Shown piece by piece: positions 59,101 through 64,000 of a stretch of DNA of 64,000 nucleotides. Within the stretch, counting starts at the first letter, position 1, and every line of letters starts with the position of its first letter. The notes under the pieces are model-generated. The model searched no databases. It was not told the DNA's origin and was given only the letters and a program-made list of their open reading frames with translations. The stretch is from assembly GCA_017465225.1 (NCBI GenBank), contig JAFTWQ010000003.1:3104-67103 (forward strand), in the 5' to 3' direction. The DNA is from Bacteroidales bacterium. GTDB lineage: Bacteria; Bacteroidota; Bacteroidia; Bacteroidales; UBA932. The translations under genes were made by a program, and so were the position numbers.

Positions 59101-60435
59101 GGTGTACACTATCCTACATGGACTGCTCCGGAGTGGAAGGAGGTTCATGCGAAGGTATTCGGTGAAGAGTTCAAGACTCACCACTATGACAAGTCTTGCT
59201 TCGACGGTATATATAAGGTATCGGACGAGGAAGTATGGAACATCCGCACTTCGCTCCGCAAGAAGCTCATCGACGAGGTGAAGAGAAGACTCTCTGACCC
59301 TGCAGCCGCAAGCCACTATTCACCGAAGCAGGTGGTTACAATCAAGGAGACTCTCCGTGACGACGTTCTTACAATCGGTTTCGCACGCCGTTTCGCTACA
59401 TACAAGAGAGCGCACCTCCTTTTCCGTGACCTTGACAGACTTGCAGAGATCGTGAACGATCCTAAGCAGCCTGTACAGTTCCTCTTCGCAGGTAAGGCTC
59501 ACCCTGCTGACAAGGCAGGTCAGGACCTCATCAAGATGATCGTGGACATCTCAAAGCAGCCACGCTTCATCGGTAAGATCGTGTTCGTCCCTAACTACGA
59601 CATCACAGTAGCGAAGTTCCTCGTGCAGGGTGTTGACGTATGGATGAACAACCCTACACGTCCTCTCGAGGCTTCAGGTACATCAGGCGAGAAGGCTGCG
59701 ATGAACGGTGTAATGCACTTCTCTGTACTCGACGGATGGTGGGTTGAGGGTTACAAGCCGGGTGCCGGCTGGGCACTCCCTATGGAGCGTACTTACGACG
59801 ACCAGAACTATCAGGACGAGCTCGATGCTGCAACAATCTACAACATCATCGAGAACGAGATCGCTCCTACATTCTACAACAAGAGCCTTTCTACAGGCCG
59901 TTCATCAGACTGGATCGAGTATATCAAGAACTGTGTGGCACAGGTGGCTTGCAACTTCACAACCAACCGTATGCTCACAGACTACATCAACCAGTACTAT
60001 GTGCCGCAGGCTGCACGCGTTGACGGTATCGTAGCTGATGACTATGCAGAGGCACGCGAGATCGCTGCATGGAAGAAGAGACTCCGCAGAGAGTGGAAGA
60101 ACGTTGAGGTTGTGTCAGTTTCAATGCCTGACAGCAACAGCGACAACTTCGCTATCGGAACTGCCTTCAACGGCGAGATCGTCCTCAATATCGGTGACCT
60201 CAATGCAGAGGAGATCGGAGTAGAGCTTCTTTTCGCTACATTCGACAAGAAGGGCAAGCTCCATATCCAGGAGAAGTATGATTTCGTTCCTGTTGAGTCT
60301 GCTGACGGTGTTGCCAAGTATGCGGCGTCTATCAACCCTGACAGATCAGGTATCTATCAGGTGGCCGGCCGTATCTATGCAAAGAACGACAAGATGCCTC
60401 ACAGACAGGACTTCGAACTTGTAAGATGGTTGTAG
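56197..60435 (+). CDS. glgP: Fused glycogen synthase (GT3) and alpha-glucan phosphorylase (GT35)
   Basis: N-part: EVSWEVCNKVGGIYTV, PSYYEPWGYTP. C-part: YSGGLGILAGD, NEGH, ARRFATYKRA, EASGTSGEK. Confidence 0.94.
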   Translation: MKTELIKPDYLFEVSWEVCNKVGGIYTVIATKSLYLKSEYKRHHIMVGPDVWMDTESNPDFIEDPALYRAWKAQAASEGLRVRVGRWNVPGKPTAILVDFKQFLTKQNEILTDFWKKFGVDSLTGNWDYRESALFGYAAGRVIESFYKFNLESSDKVVAQFHEWMTGTGLLYLKSANVPIATVFTTHATVIGRCIAGNNLPLYDGILNYNADEKARQFNVVARHSLEKKAAQNSDIFTTVSDITAQECRQFLGRPVDVVTPNGFEPSFTPATDEEYEALRERARKKLVTVASAMCGEEVADNAILVGIGGRYEWKNKGIDVFIDALDKLNRTDFKGKSVHAFIMIPSGHNGPDKQLLAKLAGNGSTYVTRTSHYLMNPEYDNVTRRLNDLQLNNAAGDKVKVYFIPSYLNGNDGVFNMPYYDLLSGLDLTLFPSYYEPWGYTPLESLAFRVPTLTTTLAGFGLWVRTYYGKKHPGITVLDRNDSNYFEVVDGVAARVMEIAGLRKDSRKKYMQNAKEVSEIALWENNIVYYKEAYSKALEKLISAGGVYPSTRNEKNMEYRKFEVNQPTWNSVIVTRHLPESLKDLEILSKNLWWCWNESAKNLFASIDPQAWEASGQNPIAMLDKVSLKRYQKLEKDNKFLSDLKTVMEEFNEYMALKAERTTPSVAYFCMEYGLDTSLKIYSGGLGILAGDYIKETSDMNTNLVAVGLLYRFGYFNQKLTAHGEQVAEDVAQDFNKIPATPVRDENGNWVTISVAFPGRNLNARLWRVDVGRTELYLLDTDIPENLPEDRSITYNLYGGDWENRLKQELLLGVGGIRALRQLGINPQVYHCNEGHAAFIGLERLRELIAEDNLEFQEALEVVRASSLFTTHTPVPAGHDAFDEGLLRKYIGHYPQRLKIDWETMMGLGKNNGADVNEKFSMSILAANISQGVNGVSWLHGEVSKDILGHMWPGYLPEELHVSYVTNGVHYPTWTAPEWKEVHAKVFGEEFKTHHYDKSCFDGIYKVSDEEVWNIRTSLRKKLIDEVKRRLSDPAAASHYSPKQVVTIKETLRDDVLTIGFARRFATYKRAHLLFRDLDRLAEIVNDPKQPVQFLFAGKAHPADKAGQDLIKMIVDISKQPRFIGKIVFVPNYDITVAKFLVQGVDVWMNNPTRPLEASGTSGEKAAMNGVMHFSVLDGWWVEGYKPGAGWALPMERTYDDQNYQDELDAATIYNIIENEIAPTFYNKSLSTGRSSDWIEYIKNCVAQVACNFTTNRMLTDYINQYYVPQAARVDGIVADDYAEAREIAAWKKRLRREWKNVEVVSVSMPDSNSDNFAIGTAFNGEIVLNIGDLNAEEIGVELLFATFDKKGKLHIQEKYDFVPVESADGVAKYAASINPDRSGIYQVAGRIYAKNDKMPHRQDFELVRWL

Positions 60436-61340
60436 CAACCGGATTTTTCGACGGTGTCCACGTCGGACACCGTCTTGTAATACAGCAGCTTACGGAAGCT
60501 GCAGCAGTACGCGGGGATGAAAGCATGGTCGTGACTTTCTGGCCACATCCCCGTAATGTGCTGCAAAAGGAAGCCCGGTCACTCAGGCTTCTCACCACTC
60601 TTGCGGAAAAGAAGGATATCCTTCATGGCCTCGGAGTGGATCATGTTGAGGTCCTTCAGTTCACGAAGGATTTCAGTTCATTGACAACGGAGGATTATCT
60701 CCGTCTGCTGATGGAAAAATACAGCGCCAGGACCATTCTGCTCGGATATGACAACAGGATGGGATCTGATGCAAAAGGTGCGGATGAGGTGGCAAGAACG
60801 GCCGAGATGCTTGGCCTGGAAGTCATAAGGACTGACATGGTGCCGTCTGAAAAGGGCTATGCCGTAAGCTCTACCAAGATCCGCGAACGGATTGAGGAGG
60901 GAGATGTGGCGGGTGCATCTTCGATGTTGGGATATGAATACCAGCTCCACGGAGTGGTGGTGGCCGGCAACAGGCTCGGCCGCACGATCGGATTCCCGAC
61001 GGCGAACATGCAGCTTTATGAACCGCTGAAGCTTGTGCCTGGAAACGGCGTTTACTTCGTTAAGGTGGAAGCGCTTGACAGGAAGCTTTATGGCATGTGC
61101 AATATCGGATGCAGACCGACGGTCGGAGCCGGCAATGCACGTACGATAGAGACAAACATCTTCGATTTCGATGAGGATATCTATGGTCTTGACCTGACTG
61201 TCACATTTGTGGCAAGGATCAGGGAGGAAGTCCGTTTCGATTCTCTCGAGGATCTGAAGATGCAGCTTGAAAAGGACAGAGACGAATGTCTGACAATCCT
61301 GAATTGTCATCCCGAGCCTGGCGAGGGAACTAAATATTGA
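60426..61340 (+). CDS. ribF: Riboflavin kinase / FAD synthetase
   Basis: GFFDGVHVGH, VSSTKIR, GRTIGFPTAN, IETN, IREE. Confidence 0.96.
   Translation: MVVATGFFDGVHVGHRLVIQQLTEAAAVRGDESMVVTFWPHPRNVLQKEARSLRLLTTLAEKKDILHGLGVDHVEVLQFTKDFSSLTTEDYLRLLMEKYSARTILLGYDNRMGSDAKGADEVARTAEMLGLEVIRTDMVPSEKGYAVSSTKIRERIEEGDVAGASSMLGYEYQLHGVVVAGNRLGRTIGFPTANMQLYEPLKLVPGNGVYFVKVEALDRKLYGMCNIGCRPTVGAGNARTIETNIFDFDEDIYGLDLTVTFVARIREEVRFDSLEDLKMQLEKDRDECLTILNCHPEPGEGTKY
61305..61331 (+). repeat. REP-like palindrome encoding the RibF C-terminus (CHPEPGEGT)
   Basis: tgtcatcccgagcctggcgagggaact, resembling the copies at 538 and 11723. Confidence 0.75.
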
Positions 61341-61780
61341 TGAATATGGAAACGATCATTGGTCTGCTTTTTATTCTTCTGCCTGTGATCTTCAAGTTCA
61401 TAGGCAAGAGGCTTGAACAGTCCGGACAGTCAGATAAGGCCGGCAAGTTCAAGAAGATAGCCGAGAAACTGAATGGCGACGAAGAGGTGGAAACCCCGGT
61501 TTTCGACTGGCTTTCTGATGAGCCTGACGAGGGACCGGAAATGCCTTTCGAGGAGCCTGTCAAGCCTGCTCCTGTCGTGATTCCTGTACCTGCGGAACCT
61601 CAGATCCATCTGTGGGAGGCGGAGGCGCAGCCTGTGTCAAAGAAGAAGATCAAGCATGCGCAGAAGAGCGTAAAGGCAAGGAAACCTATGCTTGAAGAGG
61701 AAGTCCCTCAGAAGAAGCGTGAGAAGATTGACCCGAAGAAGCTGGTGATCTATTCCGAAATAATGAAACCGAAATATTGA
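61340..61780 (+). CDS. Hypothetical membrane-anchored protein
   Basis: N-terminal TM helix and C-terminal VIYSEIMKPKY. Confidence 0.75.
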   Translation: MNMETIIGLLFILLPVIFKFIGKRLEQSGQSDKAGKFKKIAEKLNGDEEVETPVFDWLSDEPDEGPEMPFEEPVKPAPVVIPVPAEPQIHLWEAEAQPVSKKKIKHAQKSVKARKPMLEEEVPQKKREKIDPKKLVIYSEIMKPKY

Positions 61781-61803
61781 AATATTAAATAACAATCGTA
61801 ATT

Positions 61804-62271
61804 ATGGCACTTCAGTACATGACCCAGGAGGGTCTTGACAAACTAAAGAAGGAACTTGCCGATGCAATCGCGCAGCGTCCTGTAATCTCTGCGGCGATCG
61901 CAGAGGCCAGGGATAAGGGTGACCTTTCCGAAAATGCTGAATATGAGGCAGCCAGGGAGGCGCAGGGCCTTCTCGAGCTCAACATATCCAAGCTTCAGAA
62001 TCTTGTTGCAAATGCAAGAGTGATCGATGAGTCGCAGATCGGTACCGACAAGGTGCAGATGCTCAATAAGGTGAAGGTCAAGAACCTTACCACCAACCAG
62101 ATCATGACCTTCACTCTCGTAAGCGAGAATGAGGCTGACTTCATGTCCGGAAAGCTTGCTGCAAAGACTCCTATCGGCCAGGCTCTCATGGGCCACGGTG
62201 TAGGTGAGGTCGTAGAGGCAAAGGTGCCTGCAGGCGTCCTCAAGTTCGAAATTCTCGACATCACTCTTTAA
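61804..62271 (+). CDS. greA: Transcription elongation factor GreA
   Basis: ARDKGDLSENAEY, TPIGQALMG. Confidence 0.97.
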   Translation: MALQYMTQEGLDKLKKELADAIAQRPVISAAIAEARDKGDLSENAEYEAAREAQGLLELNISKLQNLVANARVIDESQIGTDKVQMLNKVKVKNLTTNQIMTFTLVSENEADFMSGKLAAKTPIGQALMGHGVGEVVEAKVPAGVLKFEILDITL

Positions 62272-62273
62272 TC

Positions 62274-62681
62274 ATGGCAACAATATTCACAAAGATAGCC
62301 AAGGGCGAGATCCCGTCATACAAGGTGGCGGAGAATGAGGAGTATTATGCATTCCTCGATATAGCTCCTATGGCGAAGGGACACACGCTCGTGATCCCGA
62401 AGAACGTTGAGGATGACTATATCTTCAATCTTGATGACAGTACATATATGGGCCTTTGCGCTTTTGCAAAGAAGGTCGCTGAAGCCATCAAGGCTGCAGT
62501 GCCTTGCAAGAGGGTAGGCGTGGCTGTACTCGGAATGGAGGTCCCTCATACACATATCCATCTCGTGCCGCTCAATGTGGAGGCGGACATGGATTTCAGA
62601 AAACCAAAACTTGAGCTTTCGCAGGATGAATTCGCTGCGATCGCGTCAGCAATCTATAATGAATATGTCAAGATTCAGTAA
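62274..62681 (+). CDS. HIT family hydrolase
   Basis: IFTKI...EIP, GHTLVIPK, HTHIHLVP. Confidence 0.95.
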   Translation: MATIFTKIAKGEIPSYKVAENEEYYAFLDIAPMAKGHTLVIPKNVEDDYIFNLDDSTYMGLCAFAKKVAEAIKAAVPCKRVGVAVLGMEVPHTHIHLVPLNVEADMDFRKPKLELSQDEFAAIASAIYNEYVKIQ

Positions 62682-63807
62682 ATTCCTGATTTTCGCTGCG
62701 GCTGCAGCTTTCATGGCCGCATGTACTCCGACAGCGAAGATTGATGGTGCAATAGAGGATGCACCGTCATCAGAAGTGATTGTGAAGCTTCTGAATGTCA
62801 ACAGATATGAAGTTCTCGATACTGTCTCGACAGATGCTTCGGGCAGGTTCTCGTATAAGGTAGACGTCGAGAAGGGACAGCCGGAATTCGTGTACGTCTT
62901 CTACAAGGATACGAAGGTGGCTTCTCTTCTTCTTGAGGCAGGAGACAAGGTTTCAGTAAAGGCTGACACTCTCGGCGGATATGAGGTTGAAGGCTCGGAG
63001 GAGTGCGCAAAGCTCGCGCAGATCGAGAGCGACTACTCGGCTGCTCTTGGAAGACTTGGTGCGATAGCTTCAAGGATGGAAAAGACTACGGATCCTGATG
63101 AGGCTGCAGCCCTCAGGAGGGATATCGGAAGAGAGTATATCGATTACTACAGAAACTGTGTGAAGTATGTGCTTCAGAACAGCAAGTCTCTCACATCCGT
63201 GCCGGTGCTTTATCAGAATTTCGGTGCTGATCTTCCTGTCTTCGCCCAGAGTACAGATGCCATCCATTTCGTTAATGTGGCGGACTCGCTCGCTACCGTA
63301 TATCCTGATTCCAAATATGTCAAGGCCCTCAGGAAGGAGGCCGAGAGAAGATTCGGATACCTCGAGCTTGAGTCAAAGATGGCTTCGGCTGTGGAGGTCG
63401 GATTCCCTGATGTAGAGCTCCCGGACATCAATTCAAAGAAGGTGAAGCTCAGTGAGGTGGATGCCAAGGTGATCATGCTTTATTTCTGGAGTGCAACGGA
63501 TGCAAGCCAGAAGATGTTCAATCTTGACGTGCTCAAGTCTCTGTATGATGACTATCATTCAAGGGGCTTCGAGATCTATCAGGCAGCCCTTGATCCTGAC
63601 AAGGCGGGATGGGCCCAGGTGGTGAAGCAGCAGAATCTTCCTTGGATCAATGTGTGTGACGGACTCGGTGCTGATTCGCAGTATGTGTACACATACAATA
63701 TAGCTGCGCTTCCGGCAATCTATATCATTGCCGACGGCGAGCTTGTTGATGGTGAGGTAGTGGATGAGAAGTCTCTCCGTAGACTATTGGACAAGCTTCT
63801 AAAATAG
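62665..63807 (+). CDS. DUF4369/TlpA-like thioredoxin-fold lipoprotein (no CxxC)
   Basis: MAAC lipobox; FPDVELPD, LYFWSA, GFEIYQAALD, LPWINV, ALPAIY. Confidence 0.8.
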   Translation: MSRFSKFLIFAAAAAFMAACTPTAKIDGAIEDAPSSEVIVKLLNVNRYEVLDTVSTDASGRFSYKVDVEKGQPEFVYVFYKDTKVASLLLEAGDKVSVKADTLGGYEVEGSEECAKLAQIESDYSAALGRLGAIASRMEKTTDPDEAAALRRDIGREYIDYYRNCVKYVLQNSKSLTSVPVLYQNFGADLPVFAQSTDAIHFVNVADSLATVYPDSKYVKALRKEAERRFGYLELESKMASAVEVGFPDVELPDINSKKVKLSEVDAKVIMLYFWSATDASQKMFNLDVLKSLYDDYHSRGFEIYQAALDPDKAGWAQVVKQQNLPWINVCDGLGADSQYVYTYNIAALPAIYIIADGELVDGEVVDEKSLRRLLDKLLK

Positions 63808-63999
63808 CTTTTTCCTGCTCACTGTAGCAACGAATTCCTTAAGATAGAACGGTTCGAAGTACGCAACGTCTTCGAATCGTTTTTCTTTATATGCGGCAAG
63901 TGCCGGAGCGAGCATGGCGGAAGCCTTCGGCCAGCACTGGCAGAAATGAGCATTCGGATGCCTGATGACATCTGCGCATTTGCCGGCTCCGTCTCCGAT
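63799..63999 (-). CDS. tsaB: tRNA threonylcarbamoyladenosine biosynthesis protein TsaB (3' end only)
   Basis: Manual translation: IGDGAGKCADVIRHPNAHF...PKASAM...FEDVAYFEPFYLKEF. Confidence 0.85.
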   Translation of the reverse strand: MGDGAGKCADVIRHPNAHFCQCWPKASAMLAPALAAYKEKRFEDVAYFEPFYLKEFVATVSRKKLF

Positions 64000-64000
64000 G

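Noticed and set aside
1-64000. tRNA, rRNA, transposase, integrase, reverse transcriptase or defence genes
   Set aside because: None recognised by eye or in the ORF track. A small RNA could have been missed without a covariance search.

Overview
A gene-dense chromosomal window from a member of Bacteroidales. This placement is inferred from gene content, the TAnnTTTG promoter motifs and the lack of Shine-Dalgarno sites; an uncultured Rikenellaceae/Cryptobacteroides-like lineage is plausible but unproven. Most genes are housekeeping: atpBEFHAG, serC-serA-DUF1015, pyrBI, miaA, recQ, dnaG, metG, murB, murA, dnaX, lptB, efp, ispH, cmk, a sigma54-type response regulator and histidine kinase, rlmH, der, prs, engB, xseAB, a glycogen cluster (glgB, GH133, GT4, GH57, GT3-GlgP fusion), ribF, greA, HIT, a TlpA-like lipoprotein and partial tsaB. 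Two accessory surface-lipoprotein genes are also present. I found no rRNA, tRNA, transposase, integrase, reverse transcriptase or cas gene. The unusual signal is several families of small palindromic DNA elements that sit between and inside essential genes. (1) A 101-bp branched hairpin is inserted twice, in frame, into murB, and 6 of the 9 differences between the copies are compensatory base-pair swaps. (2) A similar-shaped element between atpA and atpG is flanked by an 11-bp duplication. (3) About 12 TGTCAT/CGTCAT-tagged REP-like palindromes occur, some translated inside or at the ends of metG, ribF, xseA and a lipoprotein gene. (4) Three dispersed mini-arrays carry a 30-bp palindrome at an exact 51-bp period. 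Separately, a 3-kb AT-rich lipoprotein cassette is bounded by a 16-bp direct repeat and has a terminator/antiterminator-like leader. All coordinates, alignments and base counts were done by eye; no database search was run.
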